A DNA stretch of 64,000 nt. Origin: Gammaproteobacteria bacterium. GTDB taxonomy: Bacteria; Pseudomonadota; Gammaproteobacteria; Arenicellales; JAANXG01. The stretch spans positions 8,801-72,800 of the forward strand of contig JAHEIO010000004.1 in NCBI GenBank assembly GCA_024639325.1, given 5' to 3'. Under the pieces are notes generated by a model. It searched no databases. It had not been told where the DNA came from and saw nothing but the letters and a program-made list of their open reading frames with translations. A program made the position numbers and the translations under genes. Below, in pieces: positions 40,652-50,208 of the stretch; position 1 is the stretch's first letter; each line of letters opens with the position of its first letter.

Positions 40652-43600
40652 AAGGGATGATCGAATGGTTCGCCCGCAACGGAGTTGCCGCCAATCTGCT
40701 CATGGTCCTGATCTTCTTCATGGGATTCTGGTCGCTGACATTGCGCACCCCACTCGAGGTGTTTCCGGAATTCGAGCGGGATGTGGTCAACATCGCCATG
40801 TCGTACCGGGGAGCGACACCTATTGAGGTCGAGGAGAGCCTGGTAATCCGGATAGAAGAGGCCATAGAAGACCTGCAGGACATCAAGAAGATAGTATCCA
40901 ACGCCGACGAAGGCGTGGCCAGGGTCAGGGTCGAACTCGAATCCGCATCGGATCCCCGCGCCGTACTAGACGATATCAAGAACCGGGTGGATGCGATAAA
41001 TACCTTCCCGGACGACGCGGAGCGCCCCATCTTCAGTATTCAGGAATTCAGCAGAGAGGTGATCAGCGTCGTGGTATCCGGCGACCTACCGGAGCGGGAG
41101 CTGAGGTCACTCGGCGAAAGAGTCAGAGAAGAACTGATCTCTCTGCCGCAGATCACACAGGTCGAACTGACTGCCGTACGGCCCTACGAGATTTCGATAG
41201 AAGTATCCGAACAGTCCCTGGACCGTTATCGGCTCACCTTCGACGCATTGGTCAACGCCATCAAGCGCTCTTCGGTAGATCTGCCCGCCGGATCGATAAA
41301 AACCGCCGGCGGCGAAATTTTGCTGCGCACCAAGGGCCAGGCTTACATCCAGCCCGAGTTCGAAGATATCGTCGTGGTGAGGCGACCTGACGGCACCCGC
41401 GTAACGGTCGGGGACATCGCCACCGTTCATGACGCCTTCGAGGAGAATCCCCTTTACTCGCTGCTCGACGGCAGGCCCGCGGTCCTGCTGGAGGTTTACA
41501 GGGTGGGAGAGCAGAGCGCGATCGGCGTGGGTAATGCGGTAAAGCACTATGTCGAAACCAATCAGGCTGCCATGCCTGCCGGAGTAACGCTGGACTTTTG
41601 GCGCGACCGTTCGCGCATCGTCAAGCTGCGCCTCAATACGCTTCTGAAAAGTGCTCTGCAGGGCGGCCTGCTGATATTCATATTGTTGGCCCTGTTTCTC
41701 CGCTTCTCGGTGGCGGTATGGGTATGCGTCGGAATTCCGATCAGCTTCATGGGCGCAATTGCGCTGCTGCCGGAACTTGGCGTAACGATCAATCTGATCA
41801 GCCTGTTCGCATTCATTCTCGTCCTTGGCATCGTCGTGGACGACGCCATTGTGACCGGAGAAAACATCTACACGCACTTAAAACACGGACAAGAGCCTAC
41901 CGAGGCCGCGATCCAGGGCACCCAGGAAATCGCCATTCCGGTTACCTTCGGAGTGCTGACGACCGTTGTAGCCTTCATACCGCTGCTCATGATCGAGGGC
42001 CATCGGGGCCCTATCTTTGCCCAGATACCCATGATCGTCATTCCGGTGCTCCTGTTCTCCCTGGTAGAGTCCAAGCTCATCCTGCCTGCCCACATGAAGC
42101 ACATAAAAATCAGAACCGATGAGCAGATCGGATGGCTCCAGCGCATTCAGCGAAAGATCGCCGATGGCCTGGAACGGTTCATTCGCTCCGTTTACCAGCC
42201 GATGCTGGCGCGCGCATTGAAGTGGCGTTTCCTGACCCTGGTTTTATTCGTTGGAGGCGCTTTTATCATTGTCAGTGTGGTCGTCAGCGGCCGGTACGGC
42301 TATACCTTTTTTCCGCGCATCGAGAGTGAAACCGCCCGTGTAACGCTGGTCATGCCGGAAGGAACTCCGGTCACCGAAACCACGAAATATATCCGACGGA
42401 TCGGTGCCTCGGCCGGTGAACTGCAAAAAAAGTACATCGATGCCGACAGCGGCCAATCGGTCATTCGCCAGATTCTGCTGAGTATCGGATGGACCTTCAC
42501 CAGCGGGCGCGCGGGCGGCACCAGCGGACAGCCCAACCTGGGCCAGATCAGCATGGAGCTGGTACCCCCGGAAGACAGAACTCTCAGCATCGGCTCTTCG
42601 GATCTGCTCCGGGAACTCCGGCAGATGGTAGGCTCCGTACCGGGCGCGAAGGAACTGAGCTTCCGCGCGGAGATCGGCAGGGGGGGGGATCCCATAGACG
42701 TTCAACTCGCGGGGCAGGATTTCGAACAGCTTTCGGAAATGTCTCAGTTGGTCAAGGCAAGGCTGGCGGAGTATCCGGGAGTATTCGACGTCCAGGACTC
42801 GTTCGAAGGCGGCAAGGACGAAATCAAACTGACAATAAAGCCCGAAGCGGAGCTGCTCGGTCTGAATGTGGAGGATCTGGGCCGCCAGGTGAGACAGGCC
42901 TTTTTCGGTGCCGAAGTACAACGGATTCAGCGCGGCCGTGACGATGTCCGTGTCATGGTGCGCTACCCCGAACACCAACGCCGGTCGATGGACAGTTTGT
43001 ACCAGATGCGCATTCGTGCGACGGGTGGCGCCCGGGTCCCCTTCACAAACGTAGCGGACGCGGAAATCGGCCAGGGCTATTCGACCATAAGGCGCGTCGA
43101 CCGCAACCGCGTGGTCAACGTCAGGGCGGATATCAACAAAAAACTCGGCAATCTGAATCAGATCGTTTCCGATCTGAAGGTCTATCTCGACGAGCTGCGG
43201 GTAAGTTATCCCGCGGTGCGCTATTCTTTCGAGGGCGAACAACGTGAACAAAGCGAATCCTACGGGAGTCTTTATGTGGGCGCCCTGTTCGTACTGTTCG
43301 CGATCTATTCCCTGCTGGCAATTCCGTTCAGGTCCTATCTTCAGCCTATCATCGTAATGCTGATCATTCCGTTCAGCGTGGTCGGCGCGATACTTGGCCA
43401 TATGATTATGGGCATGAACCTGAGCATCATGAGCATCATGGGACTGCTCGCGCTGGCCGGAGTCGTGGTCAACGACAGTCTTGTGCTGGTCGACTGGATC
43501 AATCGAAGACGCCGAGAGGGTATGGATCTGGTCGAGTCGGTGCGCAAAGCGGGCGTTGCGAGGTTCAGGGCAATCCTGTTGACATCGCTAACCACGTTTG

Positions 43601-43788
43601 CCGGCCTGATGCCGCTGATTTTCGAGAAAAGCACCCAGGCGCAGTTCTTGATCCCGATGGCGGTGTCGCTGGGATTCGGCATCCTGTTTGCCACTTTTAT
43701 CACGCTGATCCTGGTTCCGGTTTGCTATCTGTTGCTGGAAGACTTCCTCAGCCTTTTTGGGTCGCGATCTGTAAAAGCCGCCGCGTAA
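40648..43788 (+). CDS. RND inner-membrane efflux transporter (AcrB/AcrD/AcrF superfamily)
   Basis: 1046 aa with 12-TM topology and two large periplasmic loops. Contains the typical FIPLLMIEG, GIVVDDAIV and VVNDSLVLVD segments. Confidence 0.92.
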   Translation: MKGMIEWFARNGVAANLLMVLIFFMGFWSLTLRTPLEVFPEFERDVVNIAMSYRGATPIEVEESLVIRIEEAIEDLQDIKKIVSNADEGVARVRVELESASDPRAVLDDIKNRVDAINTFPDDAERPIFSIQEFSREVISVVVSGDLPERELRSLGERVREELISLPQITQVELTAVRPYEISIEVSEQSLDRYRLTFDALVNAIKRSSVDLPAGSIKTAGGEILLRTKGQAYIQPEFEDIVVVRRPDGTRVTVGDIATVHDAFEENPLYSLLDGRPAVLLEVYRVGEQSAIGVGNAVKHYVETNQAAMPAGVTLDFWRDRSRIVKLRLNTLLKSALQGGLLIFILLALFLRFSVAVWVCVGIPISFMGAIALLPELGVTINLISLFAFILVLGIVVDDAIVTGENIYTHLKHGQEPTEAAIQGTQEIAIPVTFGVLTTVVAFIPLLMIEGHRGPIFAQIPMIVIPVLLFSLVESKLILPAHMKHIKIRTDEQIGWLQRIQRKIADGLERFIRSVYQPMLARALKWRFLTLVLFVGGAFIIVSVVVSGRYGYTFFPRIESETARVTLVMPEGTPVTETTKYIRRIGASAGELQKKYIDADSGQSVIRQILLSIGWTFTSGRAGGTSGQPNLGQISMELVPPEDRTLSIGSSDLLRELRQMVGSVPGAKELSFRAEIGRGGDPIDVQLAGQDFEQLSEMSQLVKARLAEYPGVFDVQDSFEGGKDEIKLTIKPEAELLGLNVEDLGRQVRQAFFGAEVQRIQRGRDDVRVMVRYPEHQRRSMDSLYQMRIRATGGARVPFTNVADAEIGQGYSTIRRVDRNRVVNVRADINKKLGNLNQIVSDLKVYLDELRVSYPAVRYSFEGEQREQSESYGSLYVGALFVLFAIYSLLAIPFRSYLQPIIVMLIIPFSVVGAILGHMIMGMNLSIMSIMGLLALAGVVVNDSLVLVDWINRRRREGMDLVESVRKAGVARFRAILLTSLTTFAGLMPLIFEKSTQAQFLIPMAVSLGFGILFATFITLILVPVCYLLLEDFLSLFGSRSVKAAA

Positions 43789-43828
43789 CATTCCGGGCGA
43801 CCGGAGAACGGCGACACGGCCGAGATTG

Positions 43829-44617
43829 CTAAGCCGGCTTGCAAGCAATGAAGTGCGTCGGCCGGAGCTCCCCCCGATCGATGACCTTTCGCTTCGCTGA
43901 ACTGCTCTTCAACCGGTGATCCGCTTTATCCGAACCAATTCGCCTGGTCAACTCATCGAATTGAGCACCGGACAGCGTTGCCAGTTCATTCCTGACCTCG
44001 TTCCGGTACCAGTCGTTTCGATCCCTCAGCCGAACCCGAACGAAACCTGCCTGCTCCAGTGCGATACGGGTCTGCTCAAGATTCTTCATTTCGAATGTTA
44101 GCTGCACCAGCTCCAGCCACTCCCGCATCTGCCCGGAATACTCGCCTGATCCACCGCGCAGCCAGTCGCTGCCAACGAATACTCCATCCGGTCTGAGTAT
44201 ACGCAGCACCTCTTGGTAGAAAGAGGCCTTGTCCGGGATGTGGATAATCGAGTCCTTGCTGAATACCATATCGAACGACGCGTCGCCGAAGACGAGCGGT
44301 CCTGGTTCGACACACTGAATGCCGATTCGATTAACCAGATTAGCTGCCGCTACACGGCGTCGGGCGTGATCGACAAGGGGCTGCTCAATATCGATGCCCA
44401 CCACTTTCCTTGCCCCATAGGTCTGGGCCAGCAGTACATCGATCGCACCCAGTCCGCAGCCTACATCCAGGACGTTTTTGCCGTTTACCCTGACCCCCCG
44501 CAACATTTCGGCGACTTCCTGTGGTCCACCCGGCGACAGGTATCCGTCACCCCACATCCACTGCAGCGCAGTAATAAAATCCTCGTTGTAATCGTTGTGC
44601 TGGGCCGGCCCGGACAT
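43829..44617 (-). CDS. Class I SAM-dependent methyltransferase, phosphoethanolamine N-methyltransferase-like
   Basis: SAM motif I VLDVGCGLGAI. The N-terminal YLSPGG and the overall 262-aa layout resemble single-domain PMT enzymes. Confidence 0.7.
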   Translation of the reverse strand: MSGPAQHNDYNEDFITALQWMWGDGYLSPGGPQEVAEMLRGVRVNGKNVLDVGCGLGAIDVLLAQTYGARKVVGIDIEQPLVDHARRRVAAANLVNRIGIQCVEPGPLVFGDASFDMVFSKDSIIHIPDKASFYQEVLRILRPDGVFVGSDWLRGGSGEYSGQMREWLELVQLTFEMKNLEQTRIALEQAGFVRVRLRDRNDWYRNEVRNELATLSGAQFDELTRRIGSDKADHRLKSSSAKRKVIDRGELRPTHFIACKPA

Positions 44618-44772
44618 ATGAAATTTTTTCGCGATCGCTTAGTATACCTCGGTGTCGCTTGCTGTATTCGGCCAACATAGATCCACCCCAGCTAAATTCC
44701 ATGCCCCGGATGAACGAATCTGAATTCGAGGTATCCAATGCAGTTGGTGCAAAGTGATATCAGAGAAAACTT

Positions 44773-45231
44773 ATGATCAATAAAGCAGCTAAGATCCTGG
44801 GCATTGTTTGCATTTGCGCGGCCCTGCCCGCGCATTCCGACGGCGGTGGCGGCAGCAATACCGCGCCGAAATCTAGCGATTACAAGCAGGCCGTCAAGGC
44901 GATCAAGAATGAAGACTATTCCAGCGCCGTCGAACTCCTGGAAAAGGTAATCGACAAGGAACCGGATAACGCCAATGCCTGGAACTACATGGGATTCAGC
45001 TTACGCAACCTGCAGCAGTTCGACGACGCCCTGGCAGCCTATGAAAAAGCGCTGCAGATCGACCCGAAGCACAAAGGCGCCCTCGAGTACCTTGGCGAAT
45101 TGTTCCTCATGACCGATCGGCCGGATCTGGCGAGGGCGCAGCTGGAAAAACTCGATGACGCGTGCTTTTTCTCCTGCAAGGAATTACGCCTTCTGAAGAA
45201 GCGTATTGCGGCATACGAAGGCGGTCCCTGA
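44773..45231 (+). CDS. Secreted TPR-repeat protein
   Basis: Signal peptide (ILGIVCICAALPAHS) and TPR-like repeats (ANAWNYMGFSLRNLQQFDDALAAYEKALQIDPKH). Confidence 0.7.
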   Translation: MINKAAKILGIVCICAALPAHSDGGGGSNTAPKSSDYKQAVKAIKNEDYSSAVELLEKVIDKEPDNANAWNYMGFSLRNLQQFDDALAAYEKALQIDPKHKGALEYLGELFLMTDRPDLARAQLEKLDDACFFSCKELRLLKKRIAAYEGGP

Positions 45232-45330
45232 TCCTCCCATTGGTTCGATTTCCGGGCGGGAGTGCAGTGCACCAGTAAGGCCTCTGGAAAATCCGACTGA
45301 TTTCCTTATAATCCTCGTCCCCTGATTTCC

Positions 45331-45450
45331 GCCGCTTGAGGAGCGCTGCAACCCGCCATCCGGCTGTTTCCGGCTGGCCGGCCAGGCTCAAGCGGATTCG
45401 GGAAAAACCCGAATAACGGCGCTCACTCGTGCTCTGAAAAGAGTGAGGAG
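45331..45450 (+). promoter_or_regulatory. SAH (S-adenosylhomocysteine) riboswitch with SD-sequestering expression platform, controlling ahcY
   Basis: Conserved core CTTGAGGAGCGCTGCAACC...GGCCAGGCTCAAG...AACGGCGCTCAC. P1 is CTTGAG (45335-45340) paired with CTCAAG (45387-45392). GAGCGC/GCGCTC forms the pseudoknot pairing. Downstream, CTCACTC (45422-45428) can pair with GAGTGAG (45441-45447), which overlaps the GAGGAG SD. Confidence 0.8.
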
Positions 45451-45456
45451 TGACAA

Positions 45457-46872
45457 ATGAGCGTAGTTGCGCAAGACATGGTTTCCGATTACTTCGTGGC
45501 CGACCTTTCCCAGGCCGATTTTGGCAGAAAGGAAATAGCCATCGCCGAGACGGAGATGCCCGGACTGATGGCAACCCGGGAGGCATACACCGCGGACAAG
45601 CCCCTGCAGGGTGCGCGCATAGCCGGTTCCCTGCACATGACCATCCAGACGGCGGTACTGATCGAGACGCTGGTATCGCTCGGGGCGGAAGTCCGCTGGG
45701 CGTCCTGCAATATTTTTTCCACCCAGGATCACGCCGCAGCTGCAATCGCTGCGCAAGACATTCCGGTGTTCGCCTACAAGGGCGAATCCCTGGAGGAGTA
45801 CTGGGAATTCACTCATCGCATAATGCAATGGCCGGACGGCGAAACGCCGAACATGATCCTCGACGACGGTGGGGACGCAACCCTGCTGGTGATCCTCGGT
45901 GCCCGGGCGGAGTCCGACCCCTCCGTGCTGGACAATCCGACAAGTGAAGAGGAACGTTTGCTTTACGCGGCCATCAAGAAGAGGCTTAACGCCAAACCGG
46001 GCTTCTACTCCAACATCCTCAATAACATCAAGGGTGTTACGGAGGAAACTACGACCGGAGTCAAGCGCCTCTATCAGATGCAGGCACAGGGAGAGCTTCC
46101 CTTCCCCGCGATAAACGTCAACGATTCGGTGACCAAGTCGAAGTTCGACAATCTCTATGGTTGCCGCGAATCACTGGTGGACGGCATCAAGCGGGCTACG
46201 GACGTGATGATCGCGGGCAAGATCGCCGTGGTCGCCGGTTACGGTGACGTCGGCAAGGGTTGTGCACAATCACTGCGCGGCCTGGGGGCAACTGTCTGGG
46301 TTACGGAAATCGATCCGATATGCGCCCTGCAGGCCGCAATGGAAGGCTATCGCGTGGTCACCATGGACGACGCCGCAGACAAGGCAGACATTTTCGTGAC
46401 GGCTACCGGCAACTACCACGTGATCTCTCACGATCACATGCTGGCCATGAAGGACCAGGCTATCGTCTGCAATATTGGCCACTTCGACAACGAGATCGAT
46501 GTCGCTTCGGTAGAGGGTTACGGATGGGACAACATCAAGCCCCAGGTTGACCATGTCATTTTCCCCAACGGCAGGCGGATCATCCTGCTGGCGCAGGGAC
46601 GGCTGGTAAATCTCGGCTGCGCAACCGGTCACCCGAGTTTTGTGATGTCGAATTCGTTTACCAATCAGGTGCTGGCGCAAATCGAGCTGTGGTCCCGTGG
46701 GGATCAGTACGGAAACGAGGTCCACACTCTGCCGAAGAAACTGGATGAGCAGGTGGCCCGCCTGCACCTCAAGAAAATCGGTGCGGCGCTAACTGAAATG
46801 ACACCGCAACAATCCGACTATATCGGCGTGGCACCGGATGGGCCATACAAACCAGAGCATTACCGGTATTAG
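45457..46872 (+). CDS. ahcY: Adenosylhomocysteinase
   Basis: 471 aa with [23 protein letters not shown] and the NAD-binding [12 protein letters not shown] motif. It ends PEHYRY. Confidence 0.96.
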   Translation: MSVVAQDMVSDYFVADLSQADFGRKEIAIAETEMPGLMATREAYTADKPLQGARIAGSLHMTIQTAVLIETLVSLGAEVRWASCNIFSTQDHAAAAIAAQDIPVFAYKGESLEEYWEFTHRIMQWPDGETPNMILDDGGDATLLVILGARAESDPSVLDNPTSEEERLLYAAIKKRLNAKPGFYSNILNNIKGVTEETTTGVKRLYQMQAQGELPFPAINVNDSVTKSKFDNLYGCRESLVDGIKRATDVMIAGKIAVVAGYGDVGKGCAQSLRGLGATVWVTEIDPICALQAAMEGYRVVTMDDAADKADIFVTATGNYHVISHDHMLAMKDQAIVCNIGHFDNEIDVASVEGYGWDNIKPQVDHVIFPNGRRIILLAQGRLVNLGCATGHPSFVMSNSFTNQVLAQIELWSRGDQYGNEVHTLPKKLDEQVARLHLKKIGAALTEMTPQQSDYIGVAPDGPYKPEHYRY

Positions 46873-47073
46873 TTTGCTTGTTGCACCGTCACTTATTGCA
46901 TTACTCGATAGCATCAGGGCCCCGGTCCATCCCGGCGCCCACCCCGCGGGGTCGCCAAAGCCCGGCGATCCTTCGGGGTCATGGTGCGTTAGGGGTCGGG
47001 CTCGATTTCAGCATGACGGGGTCCGCTGCCCTCTCCCGCTGGGAGGGGGCCGGAGCCCTGCAGCATTTGCGGA

Positions 47074-47274
47074 TCAAGCGGAGACGTCGGGTATCAGCGA
47101 ACTGCGCAGCCTGGAGATGGTGTCTTTCAGCCGTAACTTCTTCTTTTTCAAACGCTTTAGCTGAATTTGGTCGACATAGACCCCAGCTTCCATACTCCTG
47201 ATAGCGTCATCCAAATCTCGGTGTTCTGTCTCTAGCTCTATTAGCTTTATGCCAATTTTCTGATGTTCAATCAT
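47074..47274 (-). CDS. YdcH-like DUF465 small protein
   Basis: 66 aa with a coiled-coil and LKRLKKKKLRLKDTI, the signature of the DUF465 family. Confidence 0.7.
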   Translation of the reverse strand: MIEHQKIGIKLIELETEHRDLDDAIRSMEAGVYVDQIQLKRLKKKKLRLKDTISRLRSSLIPDVSA

Positions 47275-47329
47275 AGTGCATAATTAAATCAAACTGCGGG
47301 CCTCCTTCAAAGGGATATAGAAAAAACTA

Positions 47330-47521
47330 ATGACCCAACCCGAAACTTGGGAACTCATCGCAATCGGCGCGGTGGTTCTGCTTGTCCTGTTCTGGTTCCG
47401 GCCCGGTTTGAAACAGGTCTTCAAGCAAAGCGCCGAAGCAACCAACAAGGACTGGGGCAGCCTGCTGTTGCCGTTGGGACTGGTAATACTTTTCGTGATC
47501 GTTCTGATTGCCTTCGCCTGA
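47330..47521 (+). CDS. Small two-TM membrane protein (hypothetical)
   Basis: 63 aa with two clear hydrophobic helices. I recognise no homology. Confidence 0.35.
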   Translation: MTQPETWELIAIGAVVLLVLFWFRPGLKQVFKQSAEATNKDWGSLLLPLGLVILFVIVLIAFA

Positions 47522-47595
47522 TCACCAGCATTGATGAACTTTCCCGTCCGCATTGATTGGCATGGACGAATACGCCGGGTTATCCCGCAGCAAAG

Positions 47596-50208
47596 ATGAC
47601 AAAAAAGCCCAAGATCAATCTTGAGGACTACCAGCCCCCGCCCTTTCTGATTGACCGCGTTGACCTGGATTTCAATCTGGGCGAGGAGGAAACGCGGGTC
47701 CGCAGCACTTTGTCGATCAGACGAAACGGTGCGCACGCACTGCCCTTGGTGCTCGATGGCGAGGCGCTGACGCTGATCGCAATCGAACTCGACGGGGCTG
47801 CGGTTGATTCCGCTGCTTACCGGATTACGGACGACCACCTGCTGCTGGAAACGGACCTGGAGAGCTTCGTTCTGGTCACCGAGGTAAAAATCAAACCGCA
47901 GGACAACACCACGCTGTCCGGCCTGTATCGTTCCAGCGGAAACTTCTGCACGCAGTGCGAAGCGGAGGGGTTTCGCCGGATCACCTTTTTTCCGGACCGC
48001 CCCGACGTACTGGCCCGGTACCGGACGACAATAACGGCGAACAAGGACCACTATCCGGTGCTGCTGTCGAACGGCAACCTGCACGACCACCGTGATTTAG
48101 GCGATGGAACCCACCGTGCCGTATGGCAGGATCCGTTCCCCAAGCCCTCATACCTGTTTGCCCTCGTTGCAGGAGACCTGGCCTGTATCAACGATGAGTT
48201 TACTACGTGCTCCGGAGGCGTGGTCGAACTGCGCATCTACACCCAACATCACAACGCAGACAAGTGCGGCCACGCCATGGCTTCCCTGAAAAAGGCGATG
48301 AAATGGGATGAAGAAGTCTACGGTAGGGAATACGATCTCGACCTTTACATGATCGTGGCGGTGGACGACTTCAACATGGGCGCCATGGAAAACAAGGGCC
48401 TGAACATATTCAACTCCAGGTATGTACTGGCTAAACCCGACACCGCCACGGACGCGGACTACGAAGCCATAGAGGGGGTTATAGCCCACGAATACTTCCA
48501 CAACTGGTCCGGGAACCGCGTGACCTGCCGTGACTGGTTCCAGTTGAGCCTCAAGGAAGGTTTCACCGTGTTTCGTGATCAGGAATTCAGCGCTGATATG
48601 GGATCGCGTGGAGTACAGCGTATCAAGGACGTAAACGTAATTCGGGTGCAGCAATTCATCGAAGACTCCGGGCCGATGGCTCATCCAGTACGCCCGCAGT
48701 CTTATCAGGAAATCAATAACTTCTACACGGTGACGGTCTACAACAAGGGTGCCGAGGTGGTCCGTATGCTGCGCACCCTGGTGGGGCCTGAGGGTTTTCG
48801 CCGGGGTGCCGACTACTATTTCAAAACCTACGATGGACAGGCCGTCACCACGGACGATTTCGTGTCGGCTTTCGAGAAGCAAAACGATGTCGATCTGACG
48901 CAATTCAAAAGATGGTATGACCAAGCCGGAACGCCCGTGCTCAGGCTGACGCCTTCCTACGACTCGGGCAGCGAAACGTACGAACTGCATGTGGAACAGT
49001 CGTGTCCCCCAACACCGGGGCAGGACGGCAAGCAGCCTTTCCACGTACCGCTGAGTATGGCGCTTCTCGCCGATAACGGCGACTACTTCAACCTCGGGCC
49101 CGAACACTCGAAGGAAACCATGCTTGCAGTAACCCGGCAAAGCGAATCGTTCACGTTCGAGGGGATAACGTCCCGCCCGGTATTGTCGGTGCTGCGGGGA
49201 TTCTCCGCGCCGGTAAAGATCGATTACGAGTACACCGAGGAGGAACTTTACTTTCTTACGGTAAAGGACACCGACCCGTTTGCCCGCTGGGAGGCCGCGC
49301 AGCGGCTGGCAATGAACATCATGCTCGACCTGGTGCAAGCCGAGCAGCAGGACCAACAGCCAAGCATCGACGACCGGTATTTCAGCGCCGTACGTTCCCT
49401 GCTCCAGTCGGACGAAGGCGACCGTGCAATGCTGTCGCAATTGCTCATGCTGCCGTCCGAGGCCTACGTCAGCGAGTTTCTCGAGGTCATCGATCCGGAT
49501 GCCGTCTACAAGGCGCGTACCCACCTAAAGGCCGAACTTGGCCGGACATTGTGGAGCACTCTTTTCGAGGTATACGACAGATTCGGCGGCGATCGCTACG
49601 ACATCACCCAGGATTCCATCGGTCGCCGCAGCCTCAAGAACACCTGCCTGGACTATCTTTGCAGCGCCGGTAGCGACGAGGCGGTAAAACTGGCCACGAG
49701 ACAGTTCAGATCCGCCGGCAACATGACGGATACGACGGCCGCGCTGCTGGCGCTCAACGACATCTCCGGAAACGATCGCAATCAGGCGCTGCAATCATTC
49801 TACAACCGGTGGAAGGATGAAAATCTAGTCGTCGACAAATGGCTGGCGCTGCACGCCATCTCCCGACTCCCGGACACGCTCGAACGCGTCGTCGATTTAA
49901 CGGGCCACGAATCTTTCAATCTGCGGAATCCCAACCGCGTGCGCGCCCTGATCGGCTCGTTTGCGCATGGCAATCCCGTGCGGTTCCATGAAGCAAGCGG
50001 ACGCGGATACGAGTTCGTCGCGGGATTTGTCACCAGACTGGATGAACTGAATCCGCAGGTGGCCGCGCGCCTCGCCACGGCTTTCAACTCGTGGCGTCGC
50101 TACGATCCGGCGCGGCAGGAGAAGATCAGGAAGGTACTGGAAGGCATCCTCGATCACCACGGGATTTCAAGTGATGTCGAAGAGATCGTGAGCAAGGCAA
50201 TAGCCTGA
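47596..50208 (+). CDS. pepN: Aminopeptidase N (M1 family)
   Basis: Contains GAMENKGLN and HEYFHNWSGNRVTCRDWFQLSLKEG (HExxH-18-E). I chose the ATG at 47596 (MTKKPKINLEDY). Confidence 0.93.
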   Translation: MTKKPKINLEDYQPPPFLIDRVDLDFNLGEEETRVRSTLSIRRNGAHALPLVLDGEALTLIAIELDGAAVDSAAYRITDDHLLLETDLESFVLVTEVKIKPQDNTTLSGLYRSSGNFCTQCEAEGFRRITFFPDRPDVLARYRTTITANKDHYPVLLSNGNLHDHRDLGDGTHRAVWQDPFPKPSYLFALVAGDLACINDEFTTCSGGVVELRIYTQHHNADKCGHAMASLKKAMKWDEEVYGREYDLDLYMIVAVDDFNMGAMENKGLNIFNSRYVLAKPDTATDADYEAIEGVIAHEYFHNWSGNRVTCRDWFQLSLKEGFTVFRDQEFSADMGSRGVQRIKDVNVIRVQQFIEDSGPMAHPVRPQSYQEINNFYTVTVYNKGAEVVRMLRTLVGPEGFRRGADYYFKTYDGQAVTTDDFVSAFEKQNDVDLTQFKRWYDQAGTPVLRLTPSYDSGSETYELHVEQSCPPTPGQDGKQPFHVPLSMALLADNGDYFNLGPEHSKETMLAVTRQSESFTFEGITSRPVLSVLRGFSAPVKIDYEYTEEELYFLTVKDTDPFARWEAAQRLAMNIMLDLVQAEQQDQQPSIDDRYFSAVRSLLQSDEGDRAMLSQLLMLPSEAYVSEFLEVIDPDAVYKARTHLKAELGRTLWSTLFEVYDRFGGDRYDITQDSIGRRSLKNTCLDYLCSAGSDEAVKLATRQFRSAGNMTDTTAALLALNDISGNDRNQALQSFYNRWKDENLVVDKWLALHAISRLPDTLERVVDLTGHESFNLRNPNRVRALIGSFAHGNPVRFHEASGRGYEFVAGFVTRLDELNPQVAARLATAFNSWRRYDPARQEKIRKVLEGILDHHGISSDVEEIVSKAIA

